A stretch of 64,000 nucleotides of DNA from Octopus sinensis. Its lineage: Eukaryota. Each line of letters begins with the position of its first letter. Positions within the stretch are counted from its first letter, which is position 1. Made by a program: the position numbers and the translations under genes. The notes under the pieces were generated by a model. It had not been told where the DNA came from. It searched no databases and saw only the letters and a list, made by a program, of their open reading frames with translations. Positions 28,251 to 41,481 of this stretch are shown in pieces. The stretch lies in assembly GCF_006345805.1 (NCBI RefSeq), contig NC_042997.1:194742001-194806000 (forward strand), given 5' to 3'.

Positions 28251-30184
28251 AGTTGAAAAAAAAAGCAAAGATCCAACTAGAGAGAAACAGAAAGATAGCC
28301 AACAGCGAAGAACATTGCAAAAAAGTCATTGATGGCCTACACTTCATAATGGAAGGGCTTAAGTAAAGTGAAGTATATTGTATGTATGAATTTCTGTTTC
28401 TTGCAAACAATCCCAAAGGAATATTAACAACAACAATATATCTCATGTGCATACTCCTTATCAGATTGGAGAGGTTTCTACAATGTCCTGCATCTTAGAT
28501 ATTACATCTACTAACGTGAGGTACAATGGCAGAAGGGATGTCCAAGATACAGGATTCCATAAAAACCTTGCCGAAATATCAATATCTCCATCTCTTTTAT
28601 GTGTCCTTAGCTTCATCAAAGTGGAGGATCTGTATGTTCTGAGCGATGTCAACTGGACTGATTTATTAAGTCAACTACACCAGTAAGATTGATAAGGGAC
28701 AACAACTGGAATTAGAGGGCCTTGATTGTCTCATTTGATATGCATGTTCTGGGATAAATACCATATAAAACATGTATCAATTTCTCCTCTCTTAGCAATA
28801 AAAACTCACAGGCTGATACCTTGAGGACTTAATTGTGAATAAAGAAAGGGTCTTGAATGTCTCCCCCAATGGCTCAGGGAACCTATCTGAAACATCAGGT
28901 TCTCCTCTCTTCACATGGACCTCATGGTCAGCTACAGTTGTCAATATTAACAGCAGGAACACTATAAAATTGATGAGTATTTCATTAGTTTGGAGTAATT
29001 GAATGAATTGTGGAGGCACGTAGCATAGTGGTTATGGTGTCAGCACCATGATCGTAAAATTGTAGTTTCGATTCCTGGACCGGGCGACGCGTTGTGTTCT
29101 TGAGCAAAACACTTCATTTCATATTGCTCCAGTCCACTCAGCTGGCAAAAATTAGTAATCCTGTGATGGACTGGCGTCCCATCCAGCTGGGGAAGACATA
29201 CACCATAGAAACCGTGAAACCGGGCCCATGAGCCTGGCTAGGCTTTAAAAAGGATGCATTTATTATTATTTATTAATTGAATGAATTAGGTGATATAAAG
29301 AAAGTTTGAAGTTTTTGAAGAAAAACTCTTTAATTTAATCAAACAAGGTGGACAGTAAGAAAATCAAGTTTGTGATGAAAGAACAAAAACAACAACACAA
29401 GCATTTTTAAAATTAATTTTCCATTAGAATTTCAAACAACAAACAGAAGAACAAAATGTTTATATTCTGAAGAAGAAAAATTTTGATTGTCAAATCCTGT
29501 TAAATATCAGACAAATTATTTCACAACACCACAGGGATTTATTGAGCCACTATAGACAGATGAGAGATAAACCTTCCCTTGGATAAGACATGAGACCATT
29601 ATGCAGAGTTTCCTCGCAGACATGGCTTGGTACCAATTTTCCAGCTTGGTGAACTGTGGCAATAATTGAATTTTGTATCTACCCAATAGATCCATCTAAA
29701 GTGGGATGTGAACCTACAACACAGTTTTGGTTCATTAGTTGTTTAGAGTGCATACAGGCCATCTTAGTTTATGATCTGTCATGCAATATCTTTTCTTAGA
29801 CAAATCAGTCACCTTCTCATATCAGATGTATATTTAATACACAGAATATAACATACAATACCAAAAATATAACATGCAAATTAGAAGCCTGTCTCTCTCT
29901 CTTTATGACACAATCAGAAGTGGAATTGCAGCTCCAATGAGCTTTCATTGCAGAGTTCCCAAGAGTTGACAGACAAAGAAAAGAGTGATTTTGATATCCC
30001 TAAATCAGTGACATGGTTCAAATACTGGCAACTAAGTGAACAGTAAAAACCTCTTATAACTACAAGCTTAGTATAATGTGATTGTTTGTTCTTAGATTGA
30101 CATTGTAAGGTAGTTGTAAGAAGCCTGATTTGGCAGGCCTCTTTAATTGTTAAACTGTGAAACTAGGTGAGGCTTAAGGTTTGT

Positions 30185-30595
30185 TATTAAACCAATTCTA
30201 CTATATGGCTCAGAAACCTGGACGTTATCAAAGAAGCTTGAGAGGCGGTTGGATGGAACTTACACTCGCTTCCTTATGAGATCTCAAAATCTCTCGTGGA
30301 GGCGTCATCCAACCAAAGTACAAATAAATGGGAAACTACCACCTGTATCATCTCTTGTGAAAGGTAGAAGAGCCCAGTTTGCTGGACATTGTTGTGGAGC
30401 TGAAAACGAGGTAATTTCTACTCTTCTCCTCTGGAAGCCATCTGCTCATGATACCAGAGGACGCACACTCTCCTACCCTGATGTAATCTCCAGGGATACA
30501 GGCATCAAGCAACAGGACCTCCGTAATGTTATGATGGACCGTGAAGTCTGGCGTAGCATAGTAAATTCCATTATCTCAATGATGATGATTATTAT
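30185..30595 (+). mobile_element. RTE/RTE-X LINE 3' fragment
   Basis: KPILLYGSETWTLSKKLERRLDGTYTR...RRAQFAGHC...LLLWKP...MMDREVWR, ending in an atg/att repeat tail. Confidence 0.85.
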
Positions 30596-31310
30596 TAAAA
30601 GTGCCATAAACACATTAAAATTTTTATAACCCTTTTGATACCAACCTGTTTGAGGCTATCTTTGGTTCTATTGTACAAACTTCCTATTTTACAGTGATTT
30701 AAATTAAAAGCTTCAGTCAAAATTTCATGCTAATTTATGCTCCAAACACCAGCTTAATAATGATAATGTATTTTATTAAATTCTTTATTATTTTCAAAAT
30801 TACTTGAAACAAAGTCAGTGTATTTCAACAGAAACATGGCAAAGAAAAGGCTAAGGTTTAATTTTGGTTTCTTCAATTCTTGAGCTGCAAAAGGTTGATT
30901 ATCTGTTAATATCTCGCATGGAGCAAGATCGTAAGTTGGAAGAACCGTTAGCACACAGGGCAAAACGCTTAACAATATTTCATCTGTCTTTAGCATATTG
31001 AGTTCAAATGCTGCTGAGGTCAACTTTGCCTTTCATCTTTTGGGGTTTATAAATTAAGTACCAGTTGAGCAATGGGGTTGATGTAATAAACTTATCCCTT
31101 CACTCGAACTTGCTGGCCTTGTGCCAAAATTTGAAGCCAATATCTCACACAGGTAGGTGCAGGTGTTGATGTGTGGTTAAGAAGCTTGCTTCCTGACCAT
31201 TTGGTCTTTGGTTCAATCCCACTGCATAGCTCCTTGAGCAAGTGTCTTCTACTATAGCCCCAGGTCAAATAAAGTCTTGTGAGTGGATTTGGTACATGGA
31301 AACTGAAAGA

Positions 31311-31723
31311 TAGGGCGGCAAGCTGGCAGAAACATTAGCGCGCTGAGCGAAATGCTTATCGGTATTTCGTCTGCGTTACGTTGTGAGTTCAAATTCCACC
31401 GAGGTCGACTTTGCCTTTCATCCTTTCGGGGTCGATAAATTAAGTACCAGTTATGAACTGGGGTCGATGTAATCGACTTAATACCTATGTCTGTCCTTGT
31501 TTGTCCTCTCTGTGTTTAGCCCCTTGTGGGTAATAAAGAAATAGGTATTTCGTCTGCCGTTATGTTCTGAGTTCAAATTCCGCCGAGGTCGACTTTGCCT
31601 TTCATCCTTTCAGGGTCGATAAATTAAGTACCAGTTATGCACTGGGGTCGATGTAATCGATTTAATCCCTCTGTCCTTGTTTGTCCCCTCTATGTTTAGC
31701 CCCTTGTGGGCAATAAAGAAACA
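31311..31723 (+). mobile_element. SINE family C dimer inserted in a family A copy
   Basis: Head GAGCTGGCAGAA, core GCCGAGGTCGACTTTGCCTTTCATCC present twice. 13-bp TSD GGAAACTGAAAGA at 31298-31310 and 31724-31736. Confidence 0.85.
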
Positions 31724-32109
31724 GGAAACTGAAAGAAGCCATTGTGTATGTATGTATATATGTGTGTGAGCATGTACCTTTGTCTTGACTTCATGTGATG
31801 GTCGTAAAGGAGCATTATCATCAACATGCAAGTGAGGTTGTTCAAATCCAGTCTTCTGTAAAAAAAAAAAAGTCTGCTCCAGGGAAAATATTACTTTGGT
31901 TGGAAATAGGTGAGTTGTTGACAGGAAGAGCATCCAGCTGTAGAAAATGTGCATCAACAAGTTCTGTCTGCTTCGTGCAAGCATGGGAAATTGGATGTAG
32001 AATGATGACGATGATTGATGATGGATGATTGATGATGGTTGATGATGATGATTATGTTGATGACGATGATGACAGTGACAATGACGAATATCAGTTGCCA
32101 CGGTTATTT

Positions 32110-32312
32110 TCATACAATCACTCCAGAAGCGCCAGAAATATCTGACGTAATGAATGATTCAAGACTCCCACTTCGGTAAGTGAGAATGCGTTGTTCAATC
32201 AAAGTCTTCCAGGTGTACTTCTGTTCAATATTAGGTGCTCGGAACATCAATTTCTTTAAGGAAGCCAAAGATTTATCCGAAGAACACATTACATGAAGAA
32301 GGAAGTCTGTAG
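32110..32312 (-). CDS. RhoGEF terminal coding exon, PH beta6-beta7 and C-terminal helix
   Basis: Acceptor ctttcccttcAG, phase 1. (A)TDFLLHVMCSSDKSLASLKKLMFRAPNIEQKYTWKTLIEQRILTYRSGSLESFITSDISGASGVIV*, with PH helix motif A.S.EEK..W. Stop TGA at 32112-32110. Confidence 0.9.
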
Positions 32313-33447
32313 CTGAAGGGAAAGAGAAAGAAAAGTTGAAGGAATTGATATGAAAAATGTAAATTCAAAACAGGAAACAGAAAACGTACAATAATATTGA
32401 TTTCTATATTTGTTTTGCAAGATTTTTGATGTGAAATCGTGTGTTGAAACAGATATTGTTGTATTTAGGAATGGTCATTTTGCCAGTTTAACCAATAAAG
32501 AACTCTGGCCGAAATAAGATTAAGATTAATCCCTCTCTCTCTTTCGGAGAGGCACTGAGCAGCTATACGCACACATACACACATGGCAGTAACTTCCACC
32601 TACCAAATTCAATCACAAAGCTCCAGTCGGCTCGGGGCTATAGTGGAAGACACCTACCGAAAGTGCCACAAAAATAAATAACGCTGAAGCAAAGTAACAC
32701 CAAATATATAGTGCGTGTGTTTTTATTGGCTAAACTGGCAAAATGACCATTCCTAAATATTGATTTCAAATTTTGGCACAAGTCCAGCAATTTTAAAGAT
32801 AAGCACCATTTGAACGTGATCGATACCAGTGCTGCCTGACTGGCTCCTGTGCTGGTGGTACAGAAAAAGCATCATTTGAGCATGGTTGATGCCAGTATCG
32901 CCTAACTGGCCCTCATGCTAGTGGAATGTAAAAAGCACTGACTACACTCTCAGAGTGGTTGGCATTACGAAGGGCATCCAGCTGTAGAAACCTTGCCAAA
33001 TCAGATTGGAGCCTACTGGCTTCCCAGCCCTCAGTCAAATTGTCCAACCCGTGCTAGCATGGAAAGCAGAAATTAAATGATGATGATGATGATATCAAAT
33101 CCAGTGATCAACGTTAAGACAGGCAGACAAAATGCTGCTTAACATTTTGTCAGGCATGCTAACAATTCTCCCAGGTTGCTGTCTTAGAAAAACATAGAAT
33201 AATAACTAAACAGTTGCTAGTAGCTTGATCCTCGAACGTTGGGTCTCATGAAGGTGAGGACAAGTGACCGAGACCTTTGGTGTGATATGCTATGCTTGAA
33301 AAGACTTTTTGAGCCAAATGAAATCATAGACTTAGCCATTGCCAGTGTCATGTAAATTACACCTGTGCCAGTGGAAGCAGCAGTTGCTGCTACTATCACT
33401 ACTACTACAACCGCCGCCGCCACCGCCACCACCACCACTACTACTAC

Positions 33448-33480
<33 letters not shown>

Positions 33481-34070
33481 GCCCTGATGCAGTACTAGGC
33501 AGTGGCTCTCATGACTGCTGATCTTAACTGATTGGAAGTGTTATCATGTACATCGTTTTGTCTTGGTATAAAAGATGGGCTACAGCAAATATTCTGCTCA
33601 ATACCACCGATTTGCTTGTCAGTAGTTTGACCTTAACCAGTTGAGCATGTCCCTTAGTGGTTGACGATATGTGCATCTCTGGTCACGAGCAGAAGTAGTT
33701 GGGGAGCATCATAGCCATGTGTTGAGAGGGATTCTTGGAGGTTTGAATAATTCACCTTTGGAAACATGGGTGTTTCATTCAACACCCTTAAACAATCCTT
33801 ATTCAGGGACCTTTTGAGCGGGATGGGTTACTTGTCCAGAAGAAAAATCTAACCGGGCCCCAATAGCAAGGTCATGTGCTGTTTATCTTGATATGAAATC
33901 ATGTTGCGCACATATGGATGCATGTGCCTGGTGCACCCTTATCAGACGGGTAGTCATGATGGGTATGCTGGGCTTCGTATATTTTACCCCAGTGTCACTT
34001 TGATGGCATGCACTGCTCTCTCACTCAATAATAATAATAAAGATCTTTATTTAAAATCTGGTTCACTCAC

Positions 34071-34197
34071 CATGCTTTCTCTGAGATTCAATTCCTTGCA
34101 AAGAATACAACATGAGTGGACTCTCCACAACTGTCAGTCTACCATCAGCAGATTTCTCAGTTTGTAAGAGGAGATCAGAAAATAACATCAACTGTAA
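34071..34197 (-). CDS. RhoGEF exon, PH domain beta2-beta5
   Basis: Acceptor gtcttgcAG, donor G|gtgagt, 127 nt, phase 0-1. LQLMLFSDLLLQTEKSADGRLTVVESPLMLYSLQGIESQRKH (LFLF.DLLL motif). Confidence 0.9.
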
Positions 34198-34286
34198 CTG
34201 CAAGACATAAAAAAATCATTATAAACAAACCATAGAAAAACAAAACATATAAACAAAAACATCCAGTTATGAATGAACAGATAGGT

Positions 34287-34460
34287 GCAGGAATGGCTGT
34301 GTGTTAAATAGCTTACTTACGAACCACATTGTTCCGGGTTCAGTCTAACTGCGTGGCACCTTGGGCAAGTGTCTTCTACTGTAGCCTCGGGCCGACCAAA
34401 GTCTTGTGAGTGGATTTGGTAGACAGAAACTGAAAGAAGCCTGTAGTATGTATATGTATA

Positions 34461-34528
<68 letters not shown>

Positions 34529-34765
34529 TGTGTGTGTGTATGTTTGTCACCACCACCCCCCAACATCGCTTGACAACCAATGCTGGTGTGTTTATGTCCC
34601 TGTAACTTAGCAGTTCGGCAAAAAGACCGATAGAATAAGTACTAGGCTAGGGACTGATAGAATAAGTACTAGGCTTACAAAGAATAAGTCCTGGGGTCGA
34701 TTTGCTCAACTAAAGGCAGTGCTCCAGCATGGCCACAGTCACATGACTGAAACAAGTAAAAGAGA
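34287..34765 (+). mobile_element. SINE family A
   Basis: Head, central (TG)n(TA)n(CA)n, and 3' half with a short internal duplication of GATAGAATAAGTACTAGGCT. Confidence 0.8.
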
Positions 34766-34782
34766 CAGGAACTGTATGAAAG

Positions 34783-34820
<38 letters not shown>

Positions 34821-35008
34821 GCATGTCACTTACTCATCATTTAATAACCAGTGTTGGTTCATTTACGTCCCTGTAACTTATGTACCAGACTTTAAAAAAA
34901 AATGTACTGGGGTTAATTTGTGCAGCTAAACCCTTGAAGGCAGTGGCCCCAACAAGGACACAATCCAACAACAGGTAAGACAAAAAAGGATTACATGTTC
35001 AAACTCAC

Positions 35009-35089
35009 CTTGTTCCAAACATCTCCATCCCACCTGAAAATCTCACCGGAATAAATGAGATGTCTTTCTTCCTGACACAACTGGAAATA
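35009..35089 (-). CDS. RhoGEF exon, PH domain beta1
   Basis: Acceptor ttctttctttgtAG, donor AAG|gtgagt, 81 nt, phase 0-0. YFQLCQEERHLIYSGEIFRWDGDVWNK (R.LI..G.L motif). Confidence 0.88.
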
Positions 35090-35120
35090 CTACAAAGAAA
35101 GAATAAATACCATATATTAA

Positions 35121-35326
35121 CCCTTTAGCATTTAGTTTACTCTTTCAAGTGTAATGCTTATTTATTCATTGTCTTGAATTAAGCATGCATTCTCGCATGG
35201 CTTTTATGATTGAGATGTAACTGTTTGCTTTTAGAATGATATTGTAGGGTAGGTGTGAGAGGCTGAATCTGACCAGTGATGATATAAAATTTTGAACCAA
35301 ATATGGCTAGTTTACATGCTAAAGGA
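35121..35326. mobile_element. piggyBac-like MITE, CCCTTTAGCAT family
   Basis: TTAA|CCCTTTAGCAT ... ATGCTAAAGGA|TTAA. Confidence 0.75.
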
Positions 35327-36926
35327 TTAATTATGTCATTATGTTCCAGCATGGCTACAACTAATTGGAAGTGGAACTACTAAAAGACTGATTATTTTTT
35401 TGTAGATAAATATATATGTATGTGGCCGTTGCCAGCCTCCCCTGGCACCTGTGCCAGTGACACATAAATAGCACCCACTACACTCTCGGAGTGGTTGGTG
35501 TTAGGAAGGGCATCCAGCTGTAGAAACCTTGCCAGATCAGGTTGGACCCTGGTGCAGCCTACTGGCTTCCCAGACCCCGGTTGAACCGTCCAACCCATGC
35601 TAGCATGGAAAGCAGACGTTAAATGATGATGATGATGATGATGTTTCACACCACCACATTCAGTAAACAGTTTTGTAGAGTGAAATGCAACGTACTCAAC
35701 AAGATTAAATAAAAAAATCCATCATATGTCTATTTATGTAATTAATGCTGAAATACTACACTGTACTATCTTTCAAAAAAAAAAAAATGAAGACACTTTA
35801 GATGTTGTGGTCTTAGATAAATTGTCCCACCAATAAAGGAGTTTGTCACAGATGAAATAATGTTTGTGTCACAAAAAAAAAAAAGACACTCTGTACAGTG
35901 GTCAGCATAAGAAAGGGCATCCAGCCTTAGAAACCTTGCCAAAAGAGATACTGGAGACCAATGCAGCTCACAGGTTGTTTGGATCCTGCCAACTGTCTAA
36001 CCCATGCCAGCATGGAATACGGGAATGTTAAATGATGCTGCTGATAATGTGCACGCACACACACACACCATCATCATTTAACATCCATTGTCCATGCTGG
36101 CAAGAGTTGGACAGTTTGACTGGGCTGGCACACTGGAAGCCTGCATCAGACTCCAGTCTGATTTGGCATGGTTTTTTTACACCTGGATGCCCTTCCTAAC
36201 GCCAACCACTCTGAGAGTGTAATGGGTGATACCAGGGTGTTTTTACGTGCCAAATCTGCGTGACACAGGTATCTGCCACAACTTTGCTCGGTTTGATGGG
36301 GCTTCTTCTCAAGCACAATATAACGCCAAAGGTCTCAGTCATTGCCTCTATGAGGCCCAAAACTCAGTCACTCTACCTCTGTGAGGCCCAACTCGAAGTA
36401 TTAATTTCTTACATAGCTTTAATGTCGCCTGTTTTTAAAGAGTTAATGAAAAATTATATTAGGATCTTCAGCACCATCCGAACGTGGCCGATGCCAGCGC
36501 CACCTTGGCTGGCTTCCGTGCCAGTGGCACGTTAAAAGCACCAACCGATCGTGGCCGATGCCAGACCCCCCTGGCACCTGTGCAAGTGGCACGTAAAAAG
36601 CACCCACTACACTCGCGGAGTGGTTGGCGTTAGGAAGGGCATCCAGCTGTAGAAACACTGCAAGATCAGACTGGAGCCTGGTGCAGCCCCTGGCTTCCCA
36701 GACCCCGGTCGAACCGTGCAACCCATGCTAGCGCGGAAAGCGGACGCTAAACGATGATGATGATGATGTCTGTCTTAAAGTTATTATAGTGATAAAAATA
36801 AAAATATGGAATTAAAACCAAATAACAAATTCAGCCACAGAAGCTAACTTTTAACCTTTAACCCTCTCTTGCTCCAAATGTTGAGAGTTTTTAAAAACGA
36901 AAATAAAAATTCGGAAACTAACTTAC

Positions 36927-37351
36927 TGGAACAGTGCTTGGGAAATACAATTTTTTCTGAATACTTGACAGTTGCGAATCTACAGAATGACCAGAATCTT
37001 CGGAACAGTTTGACGAAGTTTGTCCAAGATTTGACTTGGATGGTTTGAGATTCCGTATGTACGATATTGATGCCTGCTCTTTCTTCACACAGACGGTATT
37101 TGAAACCTGCAATTTCCCTTCGTAATGGAAGTCTCTTGAAACGCTCACTGCACACACTGAAGATTTGAGTCTCTCGGAAGGATTGCCATCGAAGACTGCA
37201 GAGGAAACTCCCGAGTGACTCGAATTGGTGTAAGAACTTAGGGAACTGTTAGACATTGATGATGAATGTGATGACGATGATGATGATGATGCCAGCTTCT
37301 GAGCCCTGATACAGGTGTAATTGGTGATGTAAGTCGCACAGAGTTGGAGAC
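36927..37351 (-). CDS. RhoGEF exon, DH C-terminal helix plus long Ser-rich linker
   Basis: Acceptor ttccgtcttAG, donor CCA|gtaagt, 425 nt, phase 1-0, fully open. (G)LQLCATYITNYTCIRAQKLASSSSSSSHSSSMSNSS...IQKKLYFPSTVP. Confidence 0.88.
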
Positions 37352-37435
37352 CTAAGACGGAAATAAATCAAGAAGATGAACTTCAGAATAAAACATATAA
37401 CAGTAATTTTCAGTCAAACAAGATTTTATCTTTGA

Positions 37436-37826
37436 CTAGCAGTATCGCCCGGCGTTGCTTGGGTTTGTTTCGACCCTTTAGAATAGGAATTTTTGAAAAG
37501 TAAAACTTTTGCATTATGTAGCTTGTTATTCTCTTTAAGTGAACATTTTTCTGGTTGAAATACACCGAAAAATGGCGACACAGCAGTCAAAAAATCGTAA
37601 AAAATAGGGATTTTCAGAAAAAAGCACCTTTTTGATGTAAATAATTTTTGGTGTTAACATGGTCCGATTTTGAATTTTTTTCTTCTACGGAAGGAAGAGC
37701 AAGCCTTCTTCTATCATACTCTCAATTTTAGTCAACTTGCGCTGCAGGGTCTCGGAGGAGATAGTGTTAGTTGAAGGCTACCAAACCTGCCATACACAGA
37801 CAACTTCAGCTTTATATATAGAGAGA
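37436..37826 (-). mobile_element. Non-autonomous Helitron, family 2
   Basis: Same TC...hairpin...CTAG termini. Body is shared with 59451-59842. Confidence 0.75.
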
Positions 37827-38693
37827 TATTTTTACTTGTTTCAGTCATTAGACTGTAGCCATGCAGGGGCACAACCTTGAATGATTTTCAGTCAAATTTT
37901 CTTTTTAAGCCTTATTCTATCAATCTCTTTTATTGGACTGCAAAGTTACAGGGATGTAAACACACCAACACTGATTGTCAAGCAGTGATGGGGGGCAAAC
38001 AGACACACACAAACACACAAATAGGCTTCTTTCAGCTTTTGTCTAACAAATCCACTCACAAGGCATTGATCGACCCAAGGCTTATAACAGAAGCTATTTG
38101 CCCAAGGTGCCACACAATGGAACTGAACCTGGAACTAAGTGGCTTGAGAAGCAAGCTTCTTACCACATAGACCTGCCTAAAAAATTTTTTTAAAAAAGCA
38201 GACATCTTTTGCAAGAAAGTATTACTTGGTAACAAGTACCATACTAATTGCTTTAGGTGCTTCTGTAGCCATGAGAAGACACAGGCACCCTCTTGTCCCT
38301 TCCAGCTTGGACTCAGCAGAATAGCCAGGATGTTACAACTGGAAGGAAGAGAGGACAGCACCAGCACTTGGCTGGTACTAACTTCCACCGAATGGATTGA
38401 TCTAAGGTGAAATTAAATTTCTGGCTCAAAAACATAACATGCTGCTTGTTCTAGGAATTGAACTCATAATCTCATGATTGAGGGCCTAACACTCTAACCA
38501 CTAGGCCATGTCTGTATTTCTAATATGTGTTAGATTGTTGATCTATTCATGCAGAAAAGATGAAAAAATGTAAGAAGGGGAAATATTGACATGCTTCGTT
38601 ATTTAGTAAGGGCTTTTATTGCTAACGAATGTCATATGGGGACAAAATTAGGTTTGCTGATAATTAAACGAATGACATTCATTATATGCAACC

Positions 38694-38855
38694 GTAGGAG
38701 TGGCTGTGTGGTAAGTAGCTTGCTAACCAACCACATGGTTCCGGGTTCAGTCCCACTGCGTGGCATCTTGGGCAAGTGTCTTCTGCTATAGTCCCAGGCC
38801 GACCAATGCCTTGTGAGTGGATTTGTTAGACGGAAACTGAAAGAAGCCTGTTGTA

Positions 38856-38893
<38 letters not shown>

Positions 38894-39114
38894 CGTATGT
38901 GTGTTTGTGTTTATTCCCCTAGCATTGCTTGACAACCGATGCTGGTGTGTTTACGTCCCCGTCACTTAGCGGTTCGGCAAAAAGAGACCAATAGAATAAG
39001 TACTGGGCTTACAAAGAATAAGTCCCGGGGTCGATTTGCTCGACTAAAGGCGGTGCTCCAGCATGGCCGCAGTCAAATGACTGAAACAAGTAAAAGAGTA
39101 AAAGAGTAAAGAGT
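38694..39114 (+). mobile_element. SINE family A
   Basis: Full copy with (AAAGAGT)n tail. Confidence 0.85.
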
Positions 39115-39414
39115 AGCAATATTGGTTTAAAATAGCCATCTGTGTATCTTACTTAATGTTGATACATCGCAAAAGGCAAATTAACAGCAGTATTTGTAGT
39201 CGTGGCTGTGCTGGTGACACGTAAAAGCACCCACTACACTCTCAGAGAAGTTGGTGCTAGGAAGGGCATCCAGCCGTAGAAACCTTGCCAGATCAGATTG
39301 GAGCCTGGTGCAGCCTCCTGGCTTGCCAGTCCCCAGTCTAACTGTCCAACCCATGCCAGCATGGAAAGCAGTCATTAAACATTGATGATGATGATACTCA
39401 TCTGGAGATACTCT

Positions 39415-39802
39415 CTCTTTACTCTTTTACTTGTTTCAGTCATTTGACTGTGGCCATGCTGGAGCACCACCTTTAGTCGAGCAAATCGACCCCATGACTT
39501 ATTCTTTGTTAGCCTAGTACTTATTCTGTCAGTCTCTTTTACCGAACCGCTAAGTTACGGGGATGTAAACACACCAGCATTGGTTGTCAAGCGATGTTGG
39601 GAGAACAAACACAGACAAACATATACACACATACATATATATGATGGGCTTCTTTCAGTTTCCGTCTACCAAATCCACTCACAAGGCTTTGGTCGGCCTG
39701 GAGGCTATAGAGGAAGACATTTGCCCAAGGTGTCACGCAGTGGGACTGAACCCGGAACCATGTGGTTGGTAAGCAAGCTACTTACCACACAGCCACTCCT
39801 GC
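39415..39802 (-). mobile_element. SINE family A, inverted relative to 38694-39114
   Basis: Full copy on the opposite strand. Confidence 0.85.
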
Positions 39803-40550
39803 ATATATAGATAATATCTCTTATGGATGTGCTGTGTTTAAAAATACAAAGCTACATCAGTAGCAGACAAAAACTGTCCAGTAGTGGTGGTAAGAATGCT
39901 AGATGCACATGTCTGCCTCACTGGGCTTCTTCAGTGGTATGCTAAGACAAAATCTGTTGCTACTGATAGAGGGAAACTGTGACTGAAAATCATTATACCA
40001 GGCTGTGTGGTAAGAAGCTTGCTTCCCAATCACATGGATCCAGGTTCAGTCCCACTGCATAGCACCTTGGGCAAGTATCTACTGCTATAGCTTCAGGCTG
40101 ACCAAACCCTTGTGAGTGCATTTGGTATGCGGAAACTGAAAGAAACCCTTCACATATGTGTGTCTTTGTATCTGTGTTTGTCTCCTGCTCACCGCTTGAT
40201 AACCAGTGCTGGTGTGTTTACATCCTTGTAACTTAGCAGTTCGACAAAACAGACTGATAGATTAAGTACCAGACTTAACACAATAAGTACCGGAGTCAAT
40301 TTGTGCTGCTCCAGCATGGCCACCTTCTAATGACTGAAACAATAGACAATAATATTTATGGTGGCAGACTGCAGCAGATGAGAATGTGAAGGAATTAAAA
40401 CTGTACTGAATGAATCTTAAAAAGACAAACACAGATTTAGTATAAATCAGGAATTTTCTGATGGCAGATGTGGAAGTAGATGTTCTGAGTTCAAATTCCG
40501 CCAAGGTCGACTTTGCCTTTCATCCTTTCGGGGTCGATAAATTAAGTACC

Positions 40551-40965
40551 TATTTCTTTACTACCCACAAGGGGCTAAACACAGAGAGGACAAACAAGGA
40601 CAGACAAACAGATTAACTCGATTATATCGACCCCAGTGCATAACTGGTACTTAATTTATCGACCCGAAAGGATGAAAGGCAAAGTCAACCACAGTGGAAT
40701 TTGAACTCGGAACGTAACGGCAGACGAAATACCTATTTCTTTACTACCCACAAGGGGCTAAACACAGAGAGGACAAACAAGGACAGACAAACAGATTAAG
40801 TCGATTATATCGACCCCAGTGCGTAACTGGTACTTAGTTAATCGACCCCGAAAGGATGAAAGGCTATGTCGACCTTGGTGGAGTTTGAACTCTGAACGTA
40901 GCGGCAGACGAAATACCGCTAAGCACTTCGCCCAGCGTGCTAACGTTTCTGCCAGCTTGACGCCT
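40551..40965 (-). mobile_element. SINE family C dimer inserted antisense into another family C copy
   Basis: 13-bp TSD TAAATTAAGTACC at 40538-40550 and 40966-40978. The host copy spans about 40480-41075(+). Confidence 0.85.
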
Positions 40966-41343
40966 TAAATTAAGTACCAGTTACACACTGGGGTCGATAT
41001 AATCGACTTACTCTGTTTGTCTGTCCTTGTTTGTCCCCTCTGTGTGTAGCCCCTTGTGGGCAGTAAAGAAATAAGATGTGGAAATAGATAGAGAAGCTGC
41101 CAAAGTTCCAGTATGATGAATATTTCCCTAAGTCAATCAATGAATGAAGGACAGTAGGGTGTGATTTGAGAGAAATTTGGCAGCTATTTCCAGGAGGTCT
41201 TATGGCCATTAAAAGCTACCCTCTTTAATTTGTATTGCTAAAAGTAAGAAACAAGAGTAGTGGAAGAATTGAACTCGATGGCTATTTCTGACATATTTAA
41301 CCATCAACAAAATGGTAAAAACAGGGCCCATGATTGAACTTAC

Positions 41344-41437
41344 CCTCGACAACTAGTTTCAGGTTCAAGTAGTCGGAATCCTCTTGTGGGGTGTTGCAAA
41401 ATATCTCCCTAAGAGTTTGGTACATCTCTTTGACATG
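41344..41437 (-). CDS. RhoGEF exon, DH domain (CR3 end)
   Basis: Acceptor ttcatattgcAG, donor G|gtaagt, 94 nt, phase 0-1. HVKEMYQTLREIFCNTPQEDSDYLNLKLVVE matches L..L...TP..H.D...L. Confidence 0.9.
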
Positions 41438-41481
41438 CTGCAATATGAAAGTAGAAAGTCCCGTGGTGAATAGGTTTTTAA

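Noticed and set aside
28820-28931. Exon-like minus segment (ADHEVHVKRGEPDVSDRFPEPLGETFKTL...)
   Set aside because: It lies downstream of the RhoGEF stop, has no recognisable domain, and no phase-compatible next exon was found.
15112-32312. A single RGS-RhoGEF fusion gene
   Set aside because: The RGS and DH-PH exons are on opposite strands and each has its own stop codon.
36844-37155. Alternative 103-aa minus ORF (MCSERFKRLP...)
   Set aside because: It overlaps the RhoGEF exon in another frame. Splice phases at both ends support the MSNSS frame.
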